Shown: piece by piece, positions 24,551 to 37,545 of the stretch
How positions within the stretch are numbered: position 1 is the stretch's first letter
Layout: each line of letters begins with the position of its first letter
Origin: Lama guanicoe
Taxonomy: Eukaryota
Assembly: GCA_013239625.1 (NCBI GenBank)
Contig: MU054391.1
Span: 6,655,824-6,719,823 of the forward strand
Reading direction: 5' to 3'
DNA length: 64,000 nucleotides
The notes under the pieces: model-generated
Told to the model about the DNA's origin: nothing
Seen by the model: only the letters and a program-made list of their open reading frames with translations
Database searches by the model: none
Translations under genes and position numbers: made by a program

Positions 24551-27317
24551 CCAACCATCAGGGAGTTTTTGACTATAAGTAATAGAAAATCCTGACTCCA
24601 CTGCCTTCATCAGGAAAAGAGATTTATTACCCAATAAAATAATCTGTACAAAGCCGGGCAGCTCTGGGGTTCGTGAAGCCGCGTTCTCCTGGTCTTCCTG
24701 CTCTGCTCTGTGAGGCTCACAACATTGGCTTGGCTCCCTTCCAGGCGACAAGGTGGCTGATGCAGTTCTGGGACCTCAGGGAGGTGTCATCATGTCCAGT
24801 GGGACAGGGCAAGAAAAGCATATCTTTCTATACGTTTCTTTGGACGAGGAAGACTTCCACGGGGGTACGTGGGAGACAGCCTCTCCCACTCTTACTGGAG
24901 GAAGTTCATGATGGGCCCACTCCTAACCCACTGCTGTAAGGAGATGGCAGCAGAGTAACCGGCGCAGAGGGCCACGTGGCCAAGGGAGGGTTGTCTTCAC
25001 AAAATCACGTATCAGTTTGGAAAGACGAACAGACGTCCTGGCTGCTTGGAAAGCAGCTGCCCCACGCTGGAAGCAATGTCCACTTCTACTCCATCCTTAC
25101 CGAGGCCCCGCCCATACCTGCCACGCAGGGTGTGCTAACATCCCAACTCTGGTGTCAGAGCCGGCTACCCTCCCGCCTTCCCACTTGGCCCCCTGGGATT
25201 TGAGAACCCAAGAGATAGAGTTCGCGGATCACTGGTTCTCTCCACTCTCAGAAAAACCCAAATAACAGCGGCTCAAGCAAAATATTTGCTTTTTCTCTCA
25301 TAAAAAGTCCAGTGGTGGGCAGCCCGAGTCTGTACAGTGAGTGCCCCTCACCTACGCGCCTCCCTCCTCTGTGCTTATCACCCCACAACTATCCTCAAGG
25401 AGTCCCAGGCAAGGCGGCAGCTGCGATTCAAGCATCTGGTCTGCATTGTGGGTGGGAAAAGGCAGAAATGGATAACAAATGGTGTCTGCAATTTACCTGA
25501 AGTCCCACCCCAAAAAGTCTCACCTACATACCACCTAGACACTGCCCTAACTCAGTAACAGGGCCACGCCATCTGCAAACGAGCCCGGCCAGCACCCTTC
25601 CTCAGCTGGACACAGTGCTGCCCCGTCCACCTCACCCCTTAAAATAAGCCTTCAGGTGTTTTGAAAGAAAGGGAGAGAGTTTTCAAGGTGGGTAAGTAGG
25701 AGTTTCTGCTACATCCATCAACTTCCTGGCCCAGAGGCCTCCACCGTCCACACTCAACACTCAACACCTGTTCTCTTAGCTTCGCACCCTCCTGGATTCC
25801 AAAATTCACATCCCTGTCAGCCGCCACTCCCTCCAGCAGCACTGCTCCACCGAGCAGTCAGAGGTTTGGCTGACCCACCACCCTGTCCCCAGGGACCCTG
25901 CCGGCAGACAGGGCCTGAAAAGGACCAGGGTTTTTCTAAGTGAGGAGTCAGGCTCAACCTCCTGAAAACCTGGGACCTGCTCTCCTGGCCCCTCCCTTGG
26001 CCTGGCCCTGCAGCCTCCTCTTCTCCATTTACACTGGGACACAGACTTGCAGTTTCCATTAAGACAGTAAGTTCTGGAAACTTACCTGAAGAGTTTCTTG
26101 GGTGCTGAACTCCAAGCATGCAGTCATTGAAATGGCACTGCTGTGGACAGTTGTAGCTGGGGACGCGCCTCGGGGAGGGGAGAAGAGACAAGCCCGGCCC
26201 TCGCCGCTGCACACAAGTCTGGAATTACAGGCAGGGGCGCAGGGTCACCCCAGCTCTGTGATGAGAAAGCACAGTAGACTTCATACAACTTGGATGTTGG
26301 TCCTATGAGGAAGATTAAACCCACACCCACGATATGAAACTTGAGGTCAGTGGTTTTCCAGTAAAATGAACTCAGGGACAAAGAAGGGGCGCTATCAGGT
26401 CCATTGTTCTAATGCGGGCGGGTGGGAGATAAAACCCCCGGAGGAGCCACACTTTCTCTGCACTTCTGCCACCGGTGGTGCTTCGTGCATTTCAGCACCT
26501 CAGAAGCAGGCTGTCTTCAGCACACCCCAGATTTAGGTGAATTTTTCCCAATAAATTGTGCAAAGCTTGTCTGAAAAATGGAGGAGGTTATCATCTCCAT
26601 CACTATTTTATCTCCATGAACAAAGATGACGTAAATGGCCTTTCAATGTCAGTTTTCAGCCAATTTTTGCAGCTGCTGTTAAAGCACTAGGATTACTTGC
26701 TAAGCAAGACGGGGGATGAGTATTTATCAAGCATCTGCCAAGCACGGCGCTAGTTAATTCACATTTCTCATCTCATTCAAGCCTTACAGCAATAATAAGA
26801 AATGCACACTTTATTTTTACTTTAATTGATAAGGAAACAGAAAATCTGTAAAGTAATTGTCCAAGCTGTACTGCTGGTGAGTGGGAGCACTTATATACAA
26901 GTGTGTGGAATTGGGAGACTGGGGTCCTCCAATGCCACCAGCCACTGACGTCACTGTAATATTTCCCATTGTCCTCTCTGGGCTTCTCTGACTCTGTCCA
27001 TCGTTCAAAAGACAGACCTAAGTTTTGCAGAAGAACATATTAACACCCAAGATAAAACGACAGTGTTTATGGCATTGCTTCTGCATAAGTCACCAGCAGT
27101 TCCCTGGGATTCTCAAGACGTCATGATCTGTGGATAGGAAGAGCACCAGCGGGTTTGGCTCCATCAGCTTTCCACCTGACCCAAAGATGACTTAACCGGC
27201 AGCAATAGCTGTGGCAAGCAGCAGCTTTCCCCACCTGCACACACGAACCCCCTTCAGCTCGGATTTGCTGTCTGCGTCTTGGGTTTCTTTCTGCACTGTC
27301 CTGACGTTTGCATTAAC

Positions 27318-27682
27318 TGTCTTAGTCCATTAGGGCTGCGATAACCAGAATACCATACATAATACCATACATCAGGTGGATTACAAACAACAGACATTTA
27401 TTTCTAACAGTTTCGGAGGCTGAAGTCTGAGATCAGGATGCCAGCAGATTCAGGGCCTAGTGAGAGTCCACTTCCTGTTTCACAGACAGCCCTCTTTTTA
27501 CTGCAGCCTCATAAGGTGGAAGCAGCAAGGGAGCTCTCTAGGGCCCCTTTTATAAGGGCACTAATCCCATTCGTGAGGGATCCAACTTCATGACCTCATC
27601 ACCTCCCAAAGGCCCTGCCTCCCAAAACCATCACACTGGGGCTTCAGAGATCAACATACGAATCAAACATTCAGCCTATAAC
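27318..27682 (-). mobile_element. MLT1A-like MaLR LTR
   Basis: tgtcttagtcc...cagacatttatttctaacag...ttttataagggcactaatcccatt; contains a 12-bp tandem duplication aataccatacat. Confidence 0.85.
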
Positions 27683-28968
27683 CCTGATCCATGGGTTCTT
27701 GAATCATGTTTGCTAAGTGCTTATGCTCACGTCTAAGTCAGATTTTCTTTTAATCCCTAAAAATTCCCCCCAAGGTATCTAAGATCTATTGCATCATGCC
27801 TGGGCAAAAAACATTGTCTAAATTTATCAACTACTTTACCAACTAAAACATATTGTTTAAACTTATGAACTAAATTTATCAATTTCAATTCATTTCCTCA
27901 AGACCCTTTTCAAAATTTGCTAATGAAGTTGCAAAATGTTAACATCAGTTTCACTTAGCCTGCTTAAAATCCAGAACTTTTGTAAGAAAAAACGCTCAGT
28001 GTTTAAGAAAAAAGGTGCAAATATCAAACTGAATCATCTCTATCTGGGCAACTCTTAAAATGCAGGGTGAACAGAGAGGCATTTTGCTGTTGACAAAGCC
28101 TGAAGGTTCCTCTTTGTTTCTTTCTTTTTTTTTGCTCCAGCCTAATTCCTCCATAGAAATGTATGTATTTCACAATGGGCCCCGAAATGGGCTGAGTGGA
28201 CAGACATTAGCTATTAGGCTGATGGATCTGCCACGTTTGTTTTATTTCTCCTTTATTACCTCTCCCGCTCGTCTCTGGATCATTATAATTCACCTTAGTA
28301 ACACATCTAGCACCTCGCTCACCATTTCCCTACCAGTATTTTTTTTTAACTGTCCAGGCACAGAAGAGCCTCTCGGCTGTGTAATTAAGAGGAGCAGAAG
28401 CTTGCATTTTTTTTCGGTAATGGTTTTTCAGATCTGTAGGTGTGTGAGGCAGCGCTATAATAAATTCCACATTCCCAGAGCATCGCTTCCACAATTACCA
28501 AGGAAATGAGTCCAATCTACCGCCACTTTCTTTGGAGCTGGACATACAGAAAAGAGACAGCTGCTTTCAGACAGCACAGAATCCCTGGTACAAAAGCACT
28601 GGGCATGCCAGAGCCAACAGAATACTGGCTTTTGAGGGCAGCAAGATAGAATTTCAAAGGTTTAATAATAATGAATTTTAAAGCACACTCCACTCAATAT
28701 AACTGCAGTCTGAACCTCTCCCTTAGAAAAAGATGGCAAAATTACACTTGTAACAGATAAGCTCTGCAGACACATTTCTATTTGCATAACAGAAATTACC
28801 TAGAAGACAAGATTTCACCATGCCTCCCTGTCTTTCTTCCTTAAAACATCCATTGTCTATGGTTTGGCTGAAATAAGTAATACCACAAATTCCAACAAGT
28901 TCAACAATACCGTGGCTTTCCCTTGCTTGACTTCTGGGTCTGGGAACTCTGCCAACTTCCCCTCAACT

Positions 28969-29490
28969 CTTTTTTTTTTCAATTTTAAAAAATTGTGGTA
29001 AAATACATATAACACAAAATTTACCATCTTAATCATTTTTTATTGTACAGTTCTGTGGTCTTGAATACATTCATAATATTGTGCAACCATCACCACCATC
29101 CATCTCAACTTTCCATCTTGTAAAACTGAAACTCTGTCCCCATTAAACAGTAACTCTGCATCCCCCGGCCCCCCTGGCTTCCCGGCTCCCCTGGCAGAGG
29201 CAACCACCCTTCTACTTTTGGTCTCTAAAGATTTTGACTACTCTAGGTACCTCATATAAGTGAAATCATTTATGGTTTGTCTTTTTAGGACTGACTTAGT
29301 TCAGTTAGCATAATGGCCTCAAGGTTCATCCAAGCGTAGTCTGTCAGAATTTCCTTCCTTTTTAAGGCTGAATAATACTCCACTGTATGTATAGACCACA
29401 TTTTGTTCACCCATTCCTCTGTCAGTGGATGCTTGGATTGCATCCGTGTTTTAGCTGTTGTGAATAATGCTGCTATGAATACGACTGTGT
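28969..29490 (-). mobile_element. L1MB-like 3' end
   Basis: Poly-T then attgtggtaaaatacatataacacaaaatttaccatcttaa...tgtgaataatgctgctatgaa. Confidence 0.85.
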
Positions 29491-29499
29491 ACCCATAAA

Positions 29500-29850
29500 A
29501 CGGGAAATTCACATCCATAAAAAGGAATGAAGTACCACCCCAGGCTGCAGCATACGTGAGCCTTGAAAACCTTATGCTAAGAGAAAGAAGCCAGAAACAA
29601 AAGGCCTCATGTTGTATGATTCATTTGTAAGAAATGTTCAAACTAGGCAATTCATAAAGACAAAGATTAGGGGTTGCTGGGGGCTGGGAAGAATGGGGAA
29701 TGACTTTTTGGGTTGATGAAAATGTCCTGAAATTAGATGGTAGTGACAGCTGCCCAATGTTATGAATATACTTAAAACCACTGAATCGTGTACTTAAAAC
29801 AAGTGAATCTCATGGTGTGTATGTTACAGCTTAATTTTAAAAAAAGAAAA
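29500..29850 (+). mobile_element. L1MB-like 3' end
   Basis: ccataaaaaggaatgaagtac...tgaatatacttaaaaccactgaa plus an A tail. Confidence 0.8.
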
Positions 29851-30597
29851 AGCTGCCTCCCTCAGCCCCCTGCCGGCTCACACAGGCTGGGAAGAGCTGC
29901 CCTGGGGGAGTGGAGCCAAGGGAGAGAAGAACAAGGGTGTGCTGTTCAAACCCCGGCAAGTCCCTCACTTTTGTGTCCCTGGGAGAAAGCATCCGAACGT
30001 GGAAGGGGCCCAAGCCGCCTGCTCCAGCTGCAAGCTCGGCAGGTTTGCCAGGGAAATGCTAGGAGACGGTCCTGAGCCCATGGAGCCGTATGCACACCGT
30101 GCGAAAAAGTGGATTCCCAAAAAATCTGAAAAACTGACCAATGGATCTTGCTTGGAATGTGTTTAGAAGAGCTGATCATTTAAAGGGACGCCTATGGTGG
30201 AAGAGATTGTGTTATATATAAATCAGAGTCGACTGTGATCTTCCTGTCGGATAAAACTCACTTTTTATTATAGAGTTTAAGGGTCACCCGATTCCTCTTC
30301 ATTTAATCTTTTAGAACAATGAATAATTGTTCATTGCACACTGAGCGCCAGACACCAAGCGTCATTCATTCACCAGGCATACAACATTTCAGAAGGCCCT
30401 GCCCTCCAGAGCTCACCCCTGTACCAAAGCTGGCTGTGCGCTGGAGATGCTGGTGGCCGGACATCTCCCCATCCCAAAGTGTGGTTCTAGACCAGGAGCA
30501 TCGGCATCACCTGGAGCTTGTTAGAAATGTAGGTTCTCAAGCCCCACCAAGACTTGGGCTGGGACAGAGAAAATACAAGTCTTCAACAACTGATGGT

Positions 30598-30676
30598 GAG
30601 AGAAAGGAGGGAAGGAGGGAGGGAGGGAAAGAAGGGAGGGAGGGAGAGAAGGAAGGAAGGAAGGAAGGAAAAAAAG
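30598..30676. repeat. (GGAA/GGGA)n purine-rich simple repeat
   Basis: Seen directly in the sequence. Confidence 0.9.
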
Positions 30677-31736
30677 GCCTTCATTTCCTGGGTATTCCCT
30701 GTGTGGTGCTGTGTTACCACAGTCACCGCTGCTGGGTAGCACGAAGCCTTCACAGGTGAAAACCTAGCATAGATTACGATGTGTGAAGACCTGACGTTTA
30801 CTAAGTACTAAGTGCCAGGCTCTGGGTGGGGGCTTTCTCACACATCAGTATCTTAATATCTTTCCAGGACAAAGCCTTTGAGCAGAGGGCTAGAATGCCA
30901 CATCTCCCGAGGGCTTCAAGTCCGCGGAAAAACAGGAGCGCTTGCTGGCTCTAACGGTGCACTTAGCCACTGAGGAGCTGGGAGAAAAGAAAATTCAATT
31001 AGACTAACAGGTGATTCTCCTTCATAATTGAAATCTTTCTTTTAAAACCCATCTGGCCGGAGCTTCTCGGCTGCGCACTGCAGTCGGAGACGCTGCTGCC
31101 GTCCTCTCTCAGAACGTGATCAGGATGCACGTGTCTATTATTTCCAGTGAAACCAGGAAGGGTGTTTTCACACTGTCTGCTGGAACAAACGTCACCCCTA
31201 TTGTCTGACCCACTTAACTTTTATGAAGGTAATTCTTTCAGGCCCCACACACCCACTCAGTCCAAGAGCTGGGCAGAGTTGACCAGAACAATCCAGACAC
31301 AGAAACCTATTCTCACCAGCGTTGTCATTAGCAAGCTGGCTTCTAGACTGTGTACCTTTTGGTTACTGCATTGGCGCAATTGTCACTGCAAAATAAGGAG
31401 AACCCCCACAATTCCAAATCCCTGAGTCCAGGGGGAGGATGTGCACCCCCTTCTGGTCCTCAACATCAACCTGACAGATGTAGGGAGGGGAGCGATTTCA
31501 GGCACCCTGACGAGGGCACTTTGAACATCTCCAAATCTTCCAAGCCTCGGAAGATTCCTTGTGGGAAAGAGGCTGCACCCACCATGTGCCCGCAGCCAAG
31601 TCACTCCATCTCGAGGCTCCAAAGTCCCTGGCGTCAGCCAGTGCTCGTGGGTCATAGTGACAGCTACGGAGTGCTGACCCAGTGCCAGGCACTGTGCTAA
31701 GCTTCCAGAAACCTCCAGAACCAAGGTGAGGGACAA

Positions 31737-32026
31737 CAGTGTTCTCAGATGTCAGCACCCTTCAGAATCACCTGAAGGATCTCTTAAAATGCTGATTGCT
31801 GGCACCGCCCAGACATGGATGAGGATAACCCATAACTGCACGGATGGTATTCACTGTCTATCTGAAAGTCAAGTTCACCTGGATGTCCCGTAATTTATTT
31901 GGCAATCCCATTCCCAGGGTTTCCTAAAGAGCAGGTCTGCAGTGGGGTTTGAGAATTTGTACTTCCAGTAAGTTCCTGGGTGAGGAGGATGTTGCTGGCT
32001 TGATGGCCATACTCTGAGAAACACTG
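31737..32026. mobile_element. MER5-like hAT-Charlie element(s)
   Basis: cagtgttctca...cagaatcacctg...ctctgagaaacactg termini. Confidence 0.6.
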
Positions 32027-32249
32027 AGGAAGGTAATGGTACTGTCCCCATTTTACAGGTGAGTAAATGGGGCACAAAGAGGTTCAGCAACTTGTCCAGG
32101 ACCACACAGCCATGACTGGGACCAGACAGCCTGGCTCCAGTCCTGCTCATTAGCCTCTGCGCTAATCACCCAATGAGAGGTGCTCGTCGGAAGAGGCATA
32201 CAGCCTCCCCGGCGGCTGTCTCCTTACACACCCGCCCCCCTACCCTGCC

Positions 32250-32885
32250 CCCATCATCTACTCTTCAGACAAAAGGCAGAATGATTGTTTTAAAACCAAA
32301 GTTGAATCACGTCACTCCTTAGCTCAAAATCCTACAGTGGCTCCCATCTTCCTCAGAGTAAAATCCACATGTGCACTGTAGCCCAATGGCTATCTGATCT
32401 GGCCCAGGCTCCCTCTCTGATCTTATTTCCTGACCACCTCCCCTGGTTCACTCTTTTCCAGGCACACTGGACTTCTTGCTGATCTTTGGACACTCCAGGC
32501 AGACGCCTGCCCCAGCTGCCTCAGGGCCTTTGCACTTACTGTTCCCTCTATTTGAATGCTCTTTCTCCATCGCTCCCTCATCTCATTCAGGTCTCTGCTG
32601 CAATGTCAGATCATCAGGATGGACCCCAGTCACTTTACCTAAGACATAACCCACCTTCATCGCTCTTTATCCCCTGATCCTGACTATTTTTTTGGAGAAC
32701 TTACCACCATCCGACGTTTCCTGTGTATTATGCACTTAGCTACGTACTTGTTTATTGTTTATCTTATCCGTCTCCATTCACTAAAATGTAAGCTCCGTGA
32801 AAGCAAGTCATTGGGTTAATCACTGCCTAGAACAGTGCTTGGCATGGAGCAGGTACTTGAGAAAAAATAGTAAATGAATTAATAG
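32250..32885 (+). mobile_element. L2 3' end
   Basis: ctcagggcctttgcacttactgttccctct...gcctagaacagtgcttggcat...aaatgaat. Confidence 0.8.
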
Positions 32886-33828
32886 ATCGTGTATGTCCAT
32901 CCCATTACCACCCGATCTGTTATTGACATGAACGATGCCAACCTGTTACACAAATAGTGTGAGGCATTTTAGGCAAAATTATCATTCAAAGTAGCTGTCA
33001 AAAAAGTTGGAAAAATACTAATCATCACGTTAACTTGACTTTGGGAAATAAACACAGAATTGAAATATCCAGCGGCATGTAGGGTACATCCCAGCCCCAC
33101 TTACAGAAAGCTGCCTTTTCACAGGGCCACCGCTTGCTCAGAACTTAATGTGTTAACACACACGGGCTGTTTCCTAGCAGCAACTCCACATTCAAGCAGA
33201 GGCCTGGAATTAAAACGTCTCTACTTTTCTTTAGCCAAATGGTAGTTCTAATTATAGCATTCAGACTGGCATGCACTTTTATTTACTCATCTCTAGCCCA
33301 GGGCTTATAATTAAGAGTTCGTGCATTCTACCTTGGAAAATGGGTGACAAATTATTACAATGTGTTCTGGGGTTGTGTATGATTAGAGTAGGGTGGTTAA
33401 GGAAACTCGGGGTGTTATCCATTTCTGTAATTATGCCATCACATTACAGCTAGTGCCTGTGGCCAGGACCCTAGCAGGCAGGCAGGCATGGAATGAAGCT
33501 GCTTGTCTAGATCCCACGAGAAAAGAAGGCAGATATGTCCAGGGAAGCACAGGAGGGCAGGAGCCCCCAGTTCTGGTCCTTGCCTTGCCCTGACCAGCTG
33601 GCAACCCCAGAAAAGCCATTTAGCACCTGGCTGAGGGTTCATGACACCTATCTTGGCCCCCAATCTAGCAAATAGTAGGTGCTCAATGGATATTTGTAAA
33701 GTGAAGAAAGTGTGTGAATAAATGAATTAATTAATGAAAAGCATTCAGTCCAACTTTGAATTTCCTTTCTGACAGCATGTCTTACTTGCTCACTCTGCCC
33801 CACAGTGATAATATCCCTGTGAGCCTTG

Positions 33829-33876
33829 TTTTGGTTTTGGTTTTGGTTTTGGTTTTGGTTTTGGTTTTGGTTTTGG
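33829..33876. repeat. (TTTTGG)8 hexanucleotide microsatellite
   Basis: Perfect run. Confidence 0.97.
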
Positions 33877-33974
33877 TTTGTTTTGCAGCAGCAGATTCTC
33901 TCATATTCACAGGTGCGGGGGGCCTGAGGAATTCAACACATCTTTTTGGAGAGACACAGCTGAACCCCTAACAC

Positions 33975-34256
33975 GTCCCTCTTTGGGCACAGCCTGCACC
34001 CCGAGACGGTCCTGATGGGGTTATAAAGGCCTGGCCCCTTGCTCCAACTTGGGACAACTGTGAAGGGCTGTTCCGGCCCCAGAGCATCCCTGGGCGTAGC
34101 TGAGACCCCCACTGTTAGGCGTCACTGCTCAGTTTTTCTCTCCAACCAGCTGGGCTGCCCGCCCTCCTCGCACAGACCGTGATCCCGGAGCACTGCCCCC
34201 ACCAAACTGCCTGAACTCTGTCTCAGGGTGAGCTTCCTGGGGGACCCACCCTGCGT
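33975..34256 (+). mobile_element. LTR16-like ERVL LTR fragment
   Basis: ttgctccaacttgggacaactgtgaaggg...ctctgtctcagggtgagcttcctgggggacccacc. Confidence 0.6.
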
Positions 34257-36259
34257 GGGGAGATGGGCCCCCAGTACACCGCGTGCAGCCAAAGGAGGGT
34301 CCCCCTCACAGCCACACGGTGATAGGACAAGCTAGCTCCAAAGATGATGCTCTTGCCCAGAACATTCCAGAACCGCACCTGATTCCGTCTGTGAGCAGAT
34401 GTGGGAACTTCCTCCTGTTTCGGTGACCTCCTGGGGTATAATCCTTGGCCTGGGTGACTTTTAGCTATTTTCAGTTATTTATTTATTCCTTCCCCAGAGA
34501 GAGATTTGTTGGGCCTCTGCTAGAGGCCAGGCCCATGCTCCCCACCAAGGCCCCCCACCCGGGAGTCAGCTCCCATCTGCGGGCAGTAAAAGGAAACTCC
34601 ACGTCAAACTGCGCGCAGATTGTCAGTCACTCTGCCTTACTTCTGGAATTCAGCCTCAGAGCCTCTAACAGCTGCCTGCATTCCCAACTGAGATATTAAA
34701 GGAAATATTTTTGTTACGGAATTTCCCTGCTTTGCCAGAATCTTGCTGCACACTTGCAATGATTTTTCTGGGCTCCACGGAAGGCGAAGGAACAAGCCCG
34801 GAAAGAGCGAGTAGAGAAAACCCAGGGCGGCGGCGCTGATCCGCACACGGCAGCCAAGCGCCCCGTCCGCTCCTCTCCCGTCGTGAAATCACCTTCCCAG
34901 TTTGAAAGAAAAAGTGCACGTGAGCCCAACGCCAAGAAGACAGCGGGGAAAATCAGCACTGGGGTCCGCCCTGTCTTCCCGGAGGACAGAAGTCACACCT
35001 CCCTCTGACCTGGGCCCCCTTTCTGTCCGGCCTCACTTCTTCCACGTCGTCGCTGTAGCTGGAGTCAGTTGTAATTCAGGGGTTAGAGCATTCCTGAGAT
35101 ACCATTTAGTCCACCCCTTCACCTCCGATTACAGATGAGAAAATTATACCATAAGGGGCAGTTACTCTGTATATACCGAGAAATAAAATATATATATATT
35201 TTTTAAAAGATTGATGAGTCCGTATATGAACAAATAATTAAATTCCACAGGTTACAAAACCGATCAGAGGCAGCTCTTCACAGTCCTAGTCAGCACTGAT
35301 GCTTCTGGTGGCTGTGGGATTTGTGAACGGGTCTGGCAGGGCCTGGGAAGGAAGGGGTTAAATAATTCTCAGCACCCGCCCCCTTCCTTTCCTGGTCCAG
35401 AGGTTTAACCTGAATCCTACTCATTCCTCACTGCAGGGGGGAGGGCGGGCTGTTTTTTTTCAATAGCTCAGTCCTTGTCCTGGTCTACTGATGTGACTTC
35501 AGCTCTGATCCTGCACTGTTTGTTACCAGACTTCTCACATCATAGACAGTGCAGCGTCATCACTCCAGATAAGAGAGAGATGGTAAAAAATGTTTCTGGT
35601 CATGTTAACTAATTTTACAGTGTTTGAACTAGACAATTCGCAGATCTTCCAGGAAAGTGGAAGATCCTCGTTACAAATCAAATGCAAGAACACGTAAGAA
35701 ATCAAGAGAGGAAGAAAGAGGTTCCTAGACAAGACAGGAAAATGCCAGTTTTCAAGAACAGAGGAAAAGTGAAATCTAGGAACAAACTGCTGGCAAGACT
35801 GACCAGTTTTGAGCAAAATTCCAGCATGGTGTAGTTTTTATATGATTAGTGAAAAGAAAAGACCTAATTGCTGGGAGTCGGTGCGCAGTCACTGGGAACC
35901 AATCTCATTCCATTTTTATCAGGTCATTAGGGTGACAGCCCGGGGGATGACATGGAACTAAATCATCTTTATTTCAGCAAGAAAAATTGTCCACATCCTC
36001 CCACAGTTCTTCGTAAAACAAAAACAGCAGCAGCAGCGTCTAGAGATGAATAATGACAGATGGCAGCTGGTGGCCTGAGTGTGACAGCAAGGGAGGCTGA
36101 TGCCACCAAACCACGCTTCCCAGCCCAAGCTGCCCACATACCTACAGGTGTATGATGGTGCTGCTGGGATCTGTGAGCCAGATGTGGTATCTCCAAAGGC
36201 CTATACCCACAGGCCAGCCAGCACAGCATTTCAGCAGGCCTAACAGATGTTTGGTAGAA

Positions 36260-36790
36260 GGATAGAAAAATTACAGAACTTTGGAACTTAAGTATGAATG
36301 CTAGAATTTTAAAGACACCCCCTAAAAAAATAGGCAATTTTCAAAGAGCTTAGGAAGAGAAATAGAGCTTATTTCCTAACAATAGAGGAAATGGAAGTTT
36401 CAAAAAGCAGAGTAAACAGAAAGTACAAAATAAGATCATGGAAAAAAATCCAAATATCAATAATTATAATAAATATAAATGAATTAAACTTGCTACTTAA
36501 AAGACAGAAGTTCTCAAGCTGGGTTTTTTATTTGGGACGACCTTACGCTATTTATAAGAGACACACCCCAAACATAAGGACTCACATTTAAAATAAATGT
36601 CTGTGGGAAAAAATAGCAGGAAAGTATTTATCAAAAGAAAATGAATATAGTTATATTAATAGAAGAAAAAATACATGTGCTTTCTACAACTGTGTGCAAA
36701 CTTACTACATAATGATGAAAAGTGGTAGCTAGGTATCGTAGTCTTAAGGCTGATATATCTAACAACACAGACTCAAAATAGTTTAAAACC
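36260..36790 (+). mobile_element. Decayed L1M ORF2 N-terminus (endonuclease start)
   Basis: ISIIIININELNLLLKRQK resembles L1 ISIITLNVNGLNxPIKR. Confidence 0.65.
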
Positions 36791-37194
36791 TATGCTTTGG
36801 GAGCGCTGTTTTCTCATTCACAGAAGGAGAATTAATCACACAGAAGAAACTGCATTATGAGGACTCCGGGAAATGCTGAACGTGAAAGCGAGTCATTAAA
36901 ACGAGAAATGCTACCTAGACTGAGTGGTCATTAGTGAGGAGAAACAGATCCACCTGCTCCCTGTGGAGAGAGGCCTGGCCTGAAGGCCCATCTAGATCCA
37001 GTAGGGCTTCTGGAAACTTCTGTGTGACTCCGAGGTGGAAGATCTTTGAGAAGCTGATGAAACCTACAGCTCGCCTTCCCACCCCCAAACTGCACACCTG
37101 CAGAGAATGTTACAGATAATATCAGGGGGTTCCCAGTACCTCTGAAGGACACCCTGCAAATTTTTCAGGGTCCCTGACAGAGATGAAGTTGATT

Positions 37195-37545
37195 CACTTA
37201 GAAACCATGTCATGGGAGGAATGTTTAAAGAGACTGGAGGGCCTGTCTCGGAGAAAAGCTGGCTCACTGGAGGTCTGAGAGCATCCACAGTTACTTAGAG
37301 GCCATCATGGGTCTTGTTCTCAGCAGTTCTAGGGGGCAGAATGGAGGCCAGTGAGAGAAGCTCAGTGCCTCTCTCAGAAAAGCATTTGTAACAGGAGAGC
37401 ACCAGACATGTCATAATGGAGAGCTCTCTGCAGTGCATGTGGTCCAACAGAAGCAAGGAGGCTGCAGAAGGGACCACTGGCTTGAGACAGATGCTGGACC
37501 CAAGATGTCAAGCTCTTCCTCCAATCCCTTACAATCCCATGGACC
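37195..37545 (+). mobile_element. CR1/L3 3' fragment
   Basis: gaaaccatgtcatgggaggaatgtttaaagagactggag... resembles the L3 3' end. Confidence 0.5.

Noticed and set aside
28060..28509. 149-aa ATG-initiated ORF as a novel gene
   Set aside because: No recognisable homology, codon signature or splice structure; better treated as non-coding
33756..33971. ORF with a poly-(LV) hydrophobic stretch, or a telomere-like repeat
   Set aside because: It is the translation of the (TTTTGG)8 microsatellite, which is not TTAGGG
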